This document shows, piece by piece, positions 1-11,666 of a stretch of 64,000 bases of DNA. The first letter of the stretch is position 1. Every line of letters begins with the position of its first letter. The notes below the pieces were generated by a model. It saw only the letters and a program-made list of their open reading frames with translations, was not told the DNA's origin and searched no databases. A program made the position numbers and the translations under genes. This DNA is from Oikopleura dioica (Eukaryota > Animalia > Chordata), in NCBI GenBank assembly GCA_907165135.1, contig OU015569.1, positions 6,064,769 to 6,128,768 of the forward strand. Direction: 5' to 3'.

Positions 1-636
1 CGTCTGTCTTCTTGAGTTGATCTTTGGCAGTGTGACTTACTCTACTCCTCAAAATTCGCATTTAATACGACTGAAGCAAGTTCTTACTTTAAAAAAAGCC
101 TCCTTGACTGCTCGCTAGAGCTGATAAACGCTCCACACGTGCAACTACCGACAAAACATTGTCCGACATCGCCTACATTTTTGTTGCCTCATAAATTTCC
201 ATCTTCCTTAGTTTCACAGAAAACTTATATATTCCGAAATTGAATCTTAAAATTCTCCATAAAGAAGCGTCTACGCATCCGTGCATGATGAGCGATCTCC
301 CGATAACGACGATGCGTCTGATAAGCTGACGTCAGAGAAGGTATTTTGGGCTGATCGGAATGAGTGGAGGTGGTGCTGGCCGGAGGGCGCGTTGGTGGTG
401 CAGCGGCGGCGGCGATTCACCGCTGCTTTTTACTCTCCCCGGTGAGTCCTTTTTACGAAGAGCCGCGCGAACCCGTGGTGCTGACTCCTAGTCTGATTCA
501 GTCAATTTTTTCTCGAATGTGAATTATATTAGAGTTTTGACCTTCCAAAGATGGCGATGTCCGCAGCATATGCCGTTTGTACGGCAGTTATATGTCTTGA
601 GGTAACTACCGGTGAAAGCAGGCCTTTACCCTGGAT

Positions 637-672
637 AAAAAGATTGTCGCCACCCCCTGGCGACAATCTTTT
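637..672. promoter_or_regulatory. Perfect 15-bp inverted repeat (aaaagattgtcgcca / tggcgacaatctttt) around a ccccc loop, followed by a CCAAT box (681-685). It lies about 110 bp upstream of the plakin-repeat gene ATG.
   Basis: Read directly from the sequence; the arms are exact reverse complements. A CRE-like TGACGTCA also sits at 327-334. Confidence 0.3.
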
Positions 673-781
673 GCCACTAGCCAATCACAAGTTTCGAGAC
701 TTGTAGTGGTGGCGTAACCCCGGATTTGAGTCTGCTTTCATCGGTATAACATTCATTTTTTCACTGTTTACTTAGGACTGA

Positions 782-3700
782 ATGTCAATTTCTAAACTAA
801 AAATGCAGATAATAAAATTTGGCATTAAGGTCACCGTCATCCTCGGCCTTGTATTATTTCTCCTCCGACCCCAAAAAGACACCGCTCAGCTTCAACCAGA
901 TGCCGGAAACGTAAAGACCGAGTTCACTCCAGCTGAAGAAGAAGCGCCCGCCAGAGAAGTAGAATACAGAATTGAGTACAATGACTCGGAGCAAGATGAC
1001 GAGCTCAACGAACAGGAAGACATCATTAGTAGAGGTATTCCGTCTGAGCCCGAGTCTGATACTCCTGCATTTACGACAATCGCCGCCACCATCGCGTTGC
1101 CGACCAAACCTCAGCGAAAGTCTTCAACTTCATCTTCCTCATCCGCGTCCTCAATGCCTCCCGCAAAGGTCGACTCGCCAAAGCTCATGCGTTCAGACTC
1201 GTCCTCTTCGGCCTCATCTAATGCTGACCTCATACCCAAACTTATTCCTGAAATGCCCGGAATTGATGAGAGTGACATTATATCTGGCGCAGACGATGTC
1301 GAGATTAACAACGGATGGCGACGAAAGGTCAAGTTGAGCTCACTTCAGAGGAGTGGTATCATCAAACGTGATCAGATTAACGACTTCCTCATTGGTGATA
1401 TTTCGAAAGACAAGCTTGAAAACCAATATTCGCGCTGGCTCAAAGGAGAAGAACCTATTGCTGGTATTTTGTTTCCTGACACCGGTTTGAAGAAGTCGAT
1501 ATTTACGGCCCAGAAAGAAGAGTATATTTCGCGGAGCACAGCAATATCGCTTCTTGAAGCTCAAGCTGCCACTGGAAACATCATTGACCCCATCTCCGCG
1601 CGGAAGATGAGTGTTACAGAAGCAGCTCAAGATGGCCAATTCGATAAGATATATGAGCAATGTCTACTGCGAGCAGAACGTGCTGTCACTGGCTACAAGC
1701 AAGGCGGCTACAACACACGCTTGTCAGATGAGAAGCTCTCAATATTTGAAGCGATGACGAAAGGACTTGTCGTCGAAGAACATGCTATACGACTGCTCGA
1801 AGCACAAATCGCTACTGGTGGTGTCATCGATGTTCGCAATAATCACAGAGTTCCGATTCAATATGCTCTTAAAATGGGCCTTATCGATGAGAGGATTTAC
1901 AGGATTATAGCCGACAAACCAACAACAACAAACTTCGAGGACCCTAACAGTACAAGAACGCCGCCAGAGAAAGTCAGTTACAGTCAACTTTTGGCCAACT
2001 CAATCATCGACGATGATACTGGTTTGCGACTTTTCCTGTTCCAAAAGCCTGGCTTTGAAAAGACGCAGTCACATACTTCCAGTCCGCAATCAATGCGATC
2101 AGCGAAATCGTCATCATCTTCTATTGCCAGCATTGGATCCGTGTCATCGAAGAACAAGGATCTAGGTCAGCAAGAAGAGGATGAAATTAAACCATTCCCA
2201 GTAGATGAAGATATTCCAACAGTTGAAAAGATTGATTCTGTCTCGACAGAGCAAGAAGTTACCGCCCTTGACGAAGGGGCTGTGCCAGTTGAAGACACAA
2301 AGTCAATCACTTCTAGGTCATCAGCAAAGTCACTTTCTATAAAAGAGTCGGATATTCTTCAAGACGCCTCCACAACGGAAGTTGAGGATCTTGAGCAAGA
2401 GCAGTCAGAACACTCCGTCTCAGAACCTGAACCGAAACCAGAGCGTGTGTCAGAGAAAATTGACAAGTTCAAACAGAAAATAGAGGAAGTGCAAAAGCGT
2501 GAGCGCGAAGAGGAGGAACGAGAAAGACGAGAGAAAGAAAAACAAGAGAAAGAGTCTGAGACAAAGAAGGCGAAAGTCAAAAAGATGCGTCCTGTGGATA
2601 CTGAGACAGACACAGCTGCTTCAGACCTCCTACTCAGTTCTGACGATACAGATGTTGATGGGAACCGTCTTGAACTATCGAGCATGACAACTTCTGACGC
2701 TCAGACGGACCAAGAAGTTCAAATTCAAGAGCTAGAGGAGCTTCAGAAGATGGAAACACTACTGAAAAAGCCAACTCAGATCGACGAATCAAGCTCGGAT
2801 GAAGCGGAACTACAAACTGTACGTGAGCAGGTTCGCAGAAAATCTAAGCGGGAGAAAAAGAAGAAGAAGGACAAAGGCGAATCAGCCCCTGGAACACCAA
2901 AGAGTAAGTCAAAGAAAATGACTGCTACAACTATCGACGTTGTGATTTCGGACGATGAGCCGCCAACGGAGCCTGTGGGACCAGCAAAACAACGAGATGA
3001 TTTGACATTTACCACTGGATGGAGAAAACAGTGTGCAATCGTCGATCTAGTTGACGCAGGACTTATGGCAGAAAGCAAGGTAAAGAAAATTGAATCAGGC
3101 CATTTGCTGATGGCAGACGCTGAAAATGAACTACAGCAGTGGCTACATGGAAGTAGCCCCATTGCGGGACTGCTTATCATTTCTACTGGTGAGAAAATGT
3201 CGCTTTACTCAGCTGCAAAGCGAGGCTTCTTACGACGCGGAACAGCCATCTCTTTACTGGAAGCGCAAGCTGCCACTGGAAATGTGATTGACCCGATCAC
3301 GGGCGAGTACATGGCTGTGGAAGAAGCGACAAGAAAAGGTCTTATCGACAGACAATACGAAGCGATCCTTTCAAGAGCGGAGAAAGCTGTTCATGGATAC
3401 AAATCGAAATTTAGCGAAACACTGTTATCAGTTTACCAAGCTCTGCAAAAAGGAATGCTCATCGAAAATCATGCGATTCGACTTCTTGAAGCGCAAATTG
3501 TTACTGGAGGTATCATTGATCCTCATCGACATCATCGGTGTCCGATTGATCTCGCAATCAAGCGGGGTCTTTTTGACGAGAAGCTAAAAGTAGTCCTTGA
3601 AGGCATCGGTGACGATACCAAGGGATTCTTTGATCCAAACACAGAGCAGAATCTCAATTATTCTGAACTTGTGGAACAGTGTGTAACTGACGCGGAAACA

Positions 3701-5964
3701 GGGCTGCTGCTCCTTCCATACAAAAAGAAACCTCCTGAAGAGAAACTTTCCGGTCCACTTGCTAAGGTCTTGTTCGAGTCTGAGCTGAGGAGAAAAGTCA
3801 CGCTCCAAGATGTTGTTGATGCAGATTTGATTGAACCTGAGACTCTGAGGCGATTTAAGTCCGGTGAAATGTCAGCGCACGAAGTGAAACAGCTTGTCGA
3901 CTCTTTAAAAATCCACGTCGAGGGTTCCATGCCCATTGCAGGTGTAATCAATGCAGAGAATGGTCAGAGATTGTCCATTTTCCAAGCGACTCAAGCCGGG
4001 CTTATCCGCAAAGGTACGGCTTACGAGTTGCTTGAAGCTCAAGCATCTTGTGGCAAGATTGTCGACGTTCAAACTGGCCGAGTCCTGTCCGTAGAAACCG
4101 CCTCAAAGACAGGTGTATTTGACGCTGAATACGAAGACGTCGTGATGAGAGCGAGCCGAGCAGTGACAGGCTACAGAGAACCTTTCAAAAAGGAGATTCT
4201 CAGTCTGTGTGAAGCCATCTCAAGACACTTGGTTGTCGAAAGAAATGGTGTTCGACTTCTTGAAGCCCAAGTGGCTACTGGTGGAATTATCGACATGAAA
4301 TCGCCCCTAAGATTGTCGATCGAAGCAGCCCTTAGAAAGGGATTGCTCGAATCTCGACTAGCTAAGCAACTACAGGTGCTTTTATGTAAGAAACCCCCAC
4401 TAAAAGAGTATTTAGGCGCGTACATCAAAGTCATACTTCGACCCAAATACTGGTGAGAATCTCAACTACGCACAGCTTATGGAAAGGTGTATTACGGATC
4501 CTGACACTGGAATGCTTTTCCTAGAGGTTGAGGTAAGGATTAACCTGCTATTCAGAGTAATATGTTATTTTTATCATCCAGCCTACTTCTGAATCTAAAG
4601 CGAAATCGGTAATTGAACGCGGAGTTTGAGTTTTTTACAAAAAACGTTTGATCACGCTTTTGGAGAGTTCTTTATCTTGTAAAATTTAAAATAGAAATTT
4701 AAATATAAACGGATAAACGGACAACGAGCTTTTTTTCAAGAAAAGCGCGAAAATTACTCACCAAAAGCCTTGCCAGAAAATGCATGTTCCTTGACTGTGA
4801 CTCGTTTTCAGTTTTTATGAACTTTTTTTCGAAGAGCACGAGTTTGGTAGCTTAGCACTGTAGTTATGGTGTAACAAGCATGAGAGAATGATTTGCCGCA
4901 AGGGGGCGCTGATAAATTGCTCAGTATTCTGGTTGAAGCTTGGAAAAAGAAGCTTCACCAGTGTATGAGTCTAAATGCAAACAAGAGCAGATTCTAGCAG
5001 CGATTTAAATTTATTCAGGCCGGTGCTGTTACACCCAAAGTTGGCCCCTTCGAACCAGAAGATAGAAAGAAGAAGAAAATTCGAGCTCAATCAGGTAAGG
5101 CGATTTTCTTTTACTCTTAGTCACATAGTATTTTTGCAGCTGATCCTTCGAGTCCAAAGAAAAAGAAAAAGAAGAAAGAGCAGGATGAAAGCCGAAGTCA
5201 ATCTGAGCCACGCCCTTCCAAAGGTTCATTTCCATCCGATAACTTAAATCAACCTTTCCTTATTCAGACAAGAAGAAGGACAAGAAATCGAAGAAAAAGA
5301 AGCGCGAAGGAAAAGACAAGGACGACGAAACAAAGTCGACCAAGTCATCCCGCTCAAAATCCCCCAAGTCGCCCAAGAAAAGCAAATCTGACTCTCTTCA
5401 ATCTCCAAAAAGCACTACATCAATCGACATCGCGCCTAGCACTCCCAAGAAGAGCAAAGAAATTCCGACCAAAGAGGAAATGCTCGGAATCGAGCCCAAG
5501 AAAGACAAAAAGAAGAAAAAGGTAACCCTATTTTTTTTCAATTTTCACAAAGTTGAAAACATAGAAGAAGGAGCGCAAAGAAGAGAAAGAAGTTCATTAC
5601 CGACGGGCTTCATCTTCGGAGACAGAAAAAGTCGAGATGAAGTCTGAGACAGAAACCAAACCTAAGAAGTCGAAGAAATCAAAGAAACCCTCTAAGAAGC
5701 CTTCGAAGCCGCCGAAAATCGTCTCCAGAAAGGTATCAAGCCCTGAAAAAAAAAACAAAAACTGAGCCGTTTTGTTTTAGGTCGTCATCGTCGATCTCGA
5801 TGGAAACGAGCTCTCGCTGGAAGACGCGTTGAAGTACAACTACATCGATCAAGGTAAGATAAAATCACGTCAATGATGCGACTAGAATTTAAGCCCTGGC
5901 TAACGAGCTCCAAGCGCAAGAGTACGGCGACGACAACGACGAAGAACCGAAACTGGAAGAATAA
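782..5964 (+). CDS. Plakin/plectin-repeat cytolinker-like protein. It has a hydrophobic N-terminus (IKFGIKVTVILGLVLFLL), an acidic/Ser-rich region, two clusters of plakin repeats, an E/K-rich coiled coil and a Lys/Ser-rich basic tail.
   Basis: The 1224-aa ORF 782-4456 contains repeated LLEAQAATGNIIDPI / LLEAQIATGGVIDV motifs, the plectin-repeat signature. Proposed exons: 782-4375, 4416-4532, possibly 4582-4608, then 5019-5094, 5140-5223, 5268-5521, 5565-5732, 5781-5863 and 5894-5964, with GT..AG introns of 40-60 bp. Another plakin repeat (DPNTGENLNYAQLMERCITDPDTGMLFLEVE) continues in frame after the 40-bp intron at 4376-4415. The terminal exon ends YIDQ-ALANELQAQEYGDDNDEEPKLEE-stop. Confidence 0.8.
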
Positions 5965-6217
5965 CTCTGACTCAAAAGACCCTTTCACCTCCACTAACAA
6001 AATTCATAACTTTCGCTCAACTGGGTGTCGACTAGCAATTTCTAATTTTAACGAAAGTTCAAATGCGAAATAAACTACCAATGTTCAAAACTTGCGTAAT
6101 GATCAAAAAATGTGCAAGTGTGTTCGAGTGAGTTTTATTGAAGGGGCAGGTGTGAGATGATTGTGTATGTGATATTTTGGAACTTTTAAAACATGAACTG
6201 TACAGGCTTGAAAAGAT

Positions 6218-7690
6218 GCTCTAATGCATCGTGACGAGAAATGTCTCTCTGTGCCATTGGCCGACGCGGTTTTTGAGCTTCTTGAGGAAGACCTTTGACT
6301 TCGGATCGGTGGCGCAGATTCTCGTGTGTCCGACTTCCTCGTAGTTTTGAAGTCTGCCTCCGTGCAGCTTGACCTCCATAATTTCCAGATAGATGCCAAG
6401 CATGTCGCGGTTCTAAATCACAAACTCAAGAGCCTGAAGTTCTGTGGTGGTTACCTTTTTGTATACTGTCGAATTCAGATGAAAAGAGAACTGGTGTCCA
6501 ATGTCAGCACGCCTAAATCAAATTATAATTCCCTTCCGCTACTTTTTATCTTTACCTTTTCTCATTGAGCTGCACAGCTTCCGATTTGAATCTGATGCTC
6601 TCTTCGAGTGGCCAGAGCATCGCGCCAACTTGCACAAGTTTTGCACCCGCTGGTAAGTTGAACACGCTTTCCACGACGACTACACATGAAATAAGTTCAA
6701 GTGGAAGAATAACTCACTTACTTTCGAGAATAATTGTCTGAGCCGCATCGGGATCGACACTGAGCCGCGCGCTTACTTCAATACCTCCACGGTAATAATT
6801 TTTGAAGGTATTTTTGATTTGCTGAACGAAGAAACAGCGGACAGTCTTGTTTCGGAAAGCATGACTACTAGCATCTAAAGAATTATCAGGGCCTATCTCA
6901 GAAACCAGCTTTACCTATTAATAGTTCTCCGCAAGTTTCGTTCGAGAAAAGGACTGCCGTCTCTTTCAGCTTTATCTGCACATAGTTCAAGCCCTCCCAA
7001 AGCTGCCGTTTTAACGTTACTGGACAAAACGATAATTTCATCAGTCCGTTGCCGAGTGGCACCATTTCGCTAGGGTCTAAACGTTTTTTCTTGCCGGAAG
7101 GAATGTATTTCAGCTTCAAGTGCGGCTTTATCAAACTGCTAATGATGCAGTCCTCAATCACCAGAGAGAAGCTACCATTCTCGACCGGAAAAAAGCCGAC
7201 CTTCAGCGAATTTCTCGGTTCTTCTTGGCTGAGGGCTCCCGTAGGACGCAGAGGGTCCTTGAACAGCTTCTGTGGTGGAAGCTTACGGCTATCCAGTCTC
7301 CGCGTAGGAATAAGCTCGTCATCGAGAGAGACAGATCTCTGACGCTCGAGCTTCTTCCTCACTAGTTTCTCAACCTGAATCGTTCATTAATACACTGGTT
7401 TTCATGTGAAACTCACATTCGGAGTCGAGCGCAGTTCATTTACTCTACGTGGACTCGGCTTTTGTGGACTGATGAATGGCTGCTTGTTCTTGCCAAGATC
7501 TTCAGCGAACACGCTGTGAAAGCTCAAACTGTCAACGCGCGAGAAGAAGCGGACCTCCCGGCGGTCGGTTTCAGTCGATGGCTCAACAGGCGCTCGAATG
7601 CAGTTACTCAGTGTGAACCTGGTCGGCTAAGAGAGTGTTGTGTAAGCTCAGAGAACGTGCATAGTTTTACCTGACCAGGTATCCACTCCG
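6218..7690 (-). CDS. Multi-exon gene of unknown function. Hand-joined exons encode ...VGFFPVENGSFSLVIEDCIISSLIKPHLKLKYIP..., ...TVRCFFVQQIKNTFKNYYRGGIEVSARLSVDPDAAQTIILE..., ...MLWPLEESIRFKSEAVQLNEK... and ...IYLEIMEVKLHGGRLQNYEEVGHTRICATDPKSKVFLKK. A Ras-binding/ubiquitin-like plus PH-like signalling adaptor is possible.
   Basis: Consecutive minus-strand ORFs 6898-7362, 6720-6860, 6570-6720 and 6221-6403 join through GT..AG introns. I recognised no family signature. Confidence 0.4.
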
Positions 7691-8264
7691 CACGCTCGAT
7701 CACAGTTTTTATGTGATCTTTTTCTCTCTTCTCTAATTTCGAAATATCGACAAAAACATTTCTCGGCATTATCGTGGCTCAACAAAACCGAAATAACATA
7801 AAATGAAATTTCGAACAGACAGAGAAAAGTTTTTCGAGTCCTGCGACTCCTGCTGGCGCCAAAGTGGAAAACAAGATGAAATTTCAAATTGTCGTTTGTG
7901 ATTTTATCGACATCAACAAGGACCTTCGCTGACCTCGTGCTGAAGAAACGAGAAATCTCGAAGATTGTGCGCTTAGATCGAGCAATTTTCCGTTGATATT
8001 CGAGGAATCCTCACAAAAATTTCCATTACTTCCCAGAAACTATCATTTCCTGCCAATAAATTATGGCAATAATCCAAATCTTTATGTGTTCAAAAGCGTT
8101 TTTTTTTTATAATGAATCGTAGAAAGAGGGCAACTTATTACTTAGTATTTCGTCCAATTTTTCACAGTAAAAGGATTAGTCCTAGCCTGCAACCATGACA
8201 GACCACAGCGGTATTTGTACTCAGCAGTTTTGCTAAATCAGTTCAGTTTACAAAACTTGCAAAA

Positions 8265-8711
8265 ATGTTAAGATTATTATTTCTGCTTGCTTTTAAGTAC
8301 GCTTTCTGCTTTTGGAAAGTTTCGAATCTAGATGTAGAGGAGAGTCCGTTGGTAACCTTTTTCCCCAAGTCGGTTTGCTATTCTAGGTAAGTCGATTCTG
8401 CTTGGACTGAAGCAAGACTGAATTGTAGCAAACCGGCCACTCGCGAAAGCTGCCCAAATCTGTTTCAATGCGTCCACCGAGGCCAGATAGTATCGCCAGA
8501 GAGGCCTCTAATCCTGCTCGACTCGTGCGAGGATTACCGTTGCTCCTGCCCTGTTGGAAAAATCAAATCCAACGGCGTTAAGTGCAAGCACGGATACATG
8601 AACTGCCAGTGGAAGTACGAAGGCTGCCAACTGATGAAAACGACAATGAACAGTGCCAGCTGCCTCTACTTGCTAACAATACGAGAACAACTTCTCCCGT
8701 CGCTGGACTAG
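8265..8711 (+). CDS. Small secreted cysteine-rich protein of about 135 aa. It has a signal-peptide-like N-terminus (MLRLLFLLAFKYAFCFW) and a C-terminal domain with 10 or more Cys (CPNLFQCVHRGQIVSPERPLILLDSCEDYRCSCPVGKIKSNGVKCKHGYMNCQWKYEGCQLMKTTMNSASC). It is not in the ORF track because it is split by one intron.
   Basis: Exon 1 is 8265-8386. The intron 8387-8428 runs gtaagtcg...aattgtag (42 bp). Exon 2 is 8429-8711, and the total length of 405 nt is in frame with stop TAG. Confidence 0.4.
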
Positions 8712-11666
8712 CCACGCGCGAGTGTTTGCTGTCAATATATGCTCGAAAGTTTATTATATAGCGTGTATATAATTTGTGAAAAGATCAGTTATAAAGGTCG
8801 GTACAAGCAGTTGTAAAAGTTGTTTCGAATTGATGGTTGTGATAAACTAGAAAGTGAAGAGAAGTTAATGTAGGACCAGGGCGAGCGAACATGCCGCCGG
8901 CAAAAGCAAAACCGCCGTCTAGAGCCGCCGCAGAGCGCATCCCCGCACAAATGCATCGAATAAGAAATGTAGTAAAATAAACCACCAAATCGAAAAACGA
9001 AAACAAAACTTATAGTCCCCGGCAAATCGACAAGCTCAGAATTAAATTGTAAAAAAGTGTGAAAATAAGTGAAATCTCAAAACAAGGGCAATAAATTATA
9101 GATAAATGCGTTAATAAGAGCTAAATTGGCATCATAAAAACCAGAACGAGCCCTTCGGCGAGACCCTATCTGTGAAACGGAATAAAACTACGATTTATGG
9201 GGAAATAAAGGACTTCCACGTTTGGTAGTTCGACAACAAAAAGTATCGGCAAGATGCTTCTTTGGAAGACAACTCAAAAACGCCGCTGTCGATAGTTATG
9301 TCAAATGCTGGTGGACTCGTTCTTTACGCTGTAATGCTGTACAACATAAATCGTTGCGCAAAACTAAAGTGAAGCGATCTTGTAACCATCAGAAATGACT
9401 CGAGGAGGGCCCGCTGCCCTGGGAGTCATTTACAACCGTTAGAAGATCACCACGGCACAAATACCCTTCAGGCCCACTTCCTATTAAAATCTTTAATAGC
9501 AAGTGCAACTGAAAAGTAAAAGGAAAACTCGCGTAGGTTGATGCGTTCATTGATCGCGAAATCAGGTTAATAAAAGTAATAAGAATAAACGTTGTAGCTG
9601 ACTCAAGGAAAAAATAAATCGACAATTAAGGGGGATGTGGTCGGAATCGAGCCTGTTCTTAACAAACATATCTCCATTTTTTAATTGCCATTATGTTTTA
9701 GTTTCTAGGATAGAAAAGGGTTAAATGAGGTGGGCAACATGGAGAAGATGCATTTTTATTTAGAAAAAAATGAGAAAAATCTACTCAAAGTTGAATTTCG
9801 AGGATTTTCATTCTACTGTCGGTCAAGATGACGAAAAAAGGGACCGTTAGTGAAAGAATTCATCAATTTTGATTTTAGATATTCTTTTTTAACATATTTT
9901 TCCAAGTTGGCAGCAAAACATTTGTTTTATCGAAGTAAATCTCTGATATTTGGCTCTAAAAACCAACCACCTACCCCTTAAAAGCTACATGTCGTAAACT
10001 TGCCATTAAAAAGCTTGAGGAAGGACTTGCGGGGGCCCATAGACGGAGTCTTGACCAACTGGCGTGCACACCTGAGCGCGGCGAAAGATAGATACTCCCT
10101 TTTTCAGCGCGCCGGAAGAAGCGAAAAAGCGGCGCATTGACAAAAAGAGTAACTATTTCGCGAAGAAAACCAAGCTCAACCACTCGATCGAGGGCTGAAC
10201 TTGCGAATAATAACTGCTTTCGCACGGCCTCTACAACTGGGACATAAAAGCATCCTAAGCAAACTGGTCTTTGAATTTTCAGACCCAGATTTCTCTGCGT
10301 AAAACATTAGGAGCTTAAATTTTCCCTACAATATACGAAAAAGAATCGAAATGGAACTGAAGGTATTGCTGCGGACAAGTCTGCGTTTTGTAATAAAAAA
10401 AAATAGAGTTTTCGCAAAATCGTCCGAGCTCAAGAAATAAGCCCATCAGAGGCAAGCTTATCCGCAGCAAGATATGAATATGCTAGGAATAATAGGAAAA
10501 TTAAGAAATCCTAGAAAAAAGTAGTGAGAATAATTTTATCCTTGATTAAGTTGGTAAATTAAATTTTTTTGGAACGAGGGACACCCGAGATATTTTTCTA
10601 CACATAAATTATCCAGAGACAAGAAATCAGACAATGTTTTTTTATAAAAAAGTGTTTATATAATATATGTTCAAAAAACAAATACAGTAGCTGATGAAGT
10701 TGAACGAGGGCAAGAGGTAAGAAAAATAGTAGAAAAGATTAAATCGTGAAGATTATCTCAGGAGGGAATTGTAGGTGTTTTTTAGTTATTTTTGGGGGCA
10801 ATTTCACAGTTTGGTTATTACAAAACACTTTAACAACATTTAAACTTAAGATTTAAAGATTCTTAAATTAAAGATGGTAAAGAGAACATGCTGGAAGTTT
10901 CGAGGAGTTGTTGCAACCGCTACAAATTGTATGGGGATGGAGAGTGTCTTTGGGAGAAAGAGAGGGAGCAGTGAATGAAAGTTAGAAATTTCAATCTGTA
11001 ATGTTTTGAGTAGGATCACAATAGTAGGTGCAGAGAATGAGTAGGAAGGGATGTTGGTCGGCCATTCGTTCGGTGGAAAACCAGACTTCTTCCTAGACTC
11101 CTAGGAACAAGTCGAGGCCCCACCGGTCCAATATCGATTGATGTTATTCAGACATTCAGAATAAATCGGATAATAGTTTTACTAATTTCGGACTCACGAA
11201 AATAATCTCATGAATTTGGGAAGGGAATCATCAATGAGGTAACTGTATAAAAACTCGGTCTGCAAATGACTTTTCTCCTCTATTCCTAACATGCTCCTGA
11301 TACCTGAAATTAAAACAAAAAGCAAGCACTCTAAGCAACTGAAATTATCACAAACAAGGAAATGGGTTCCTATATCTTGGTGGTAGGGTTCTCCTGGAAA
11401 TATAAATGCTTTGTAAAGAGAGGATCGGTGATGTTTTCAGTGGTCTTAAAGAAAAACTAGCAATTGAACGATAAATTTCCTGCGTTTGCACATTGGGTAA
11501 ATTTAAGCTGTTCGTTGTGAACATTTGCTGGACATCGCGGATAGATTGATAACTGAGATAGATCGAGAACTGCCTGATATTTGAACTGAATAGGTAAAAT
11601 TGCCTTGGGATTCGTTTTCGGGGTGAAGAATGAGGAGCGTGGAACATGGTCTTGAACTTTTTTGTG

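Noticed and set aside
892-4446. Many short antisense or overlapping ORFs inside the plakin exon (for example 892-1107, 2359-2685, 2776-3180) and elsewhere
   Set aside because: They lie wholly within strongly supported coding exons on the opposite strand or in another frame. They are low-complexity and have no motifs, so I treat them as spurious.
8800-11300. Long AT-rich region scanned for tRNA, SL RNA and snRNA
   Set aside because: No tRNA-like T-arm (GTTCGAATC/GGTTCGA) with a matching acceptor stem was found. No SL1-like GGTTTAATTACCCAAGTTTGAG or Sm-site context was seen. It is probably intergenic or UTR.
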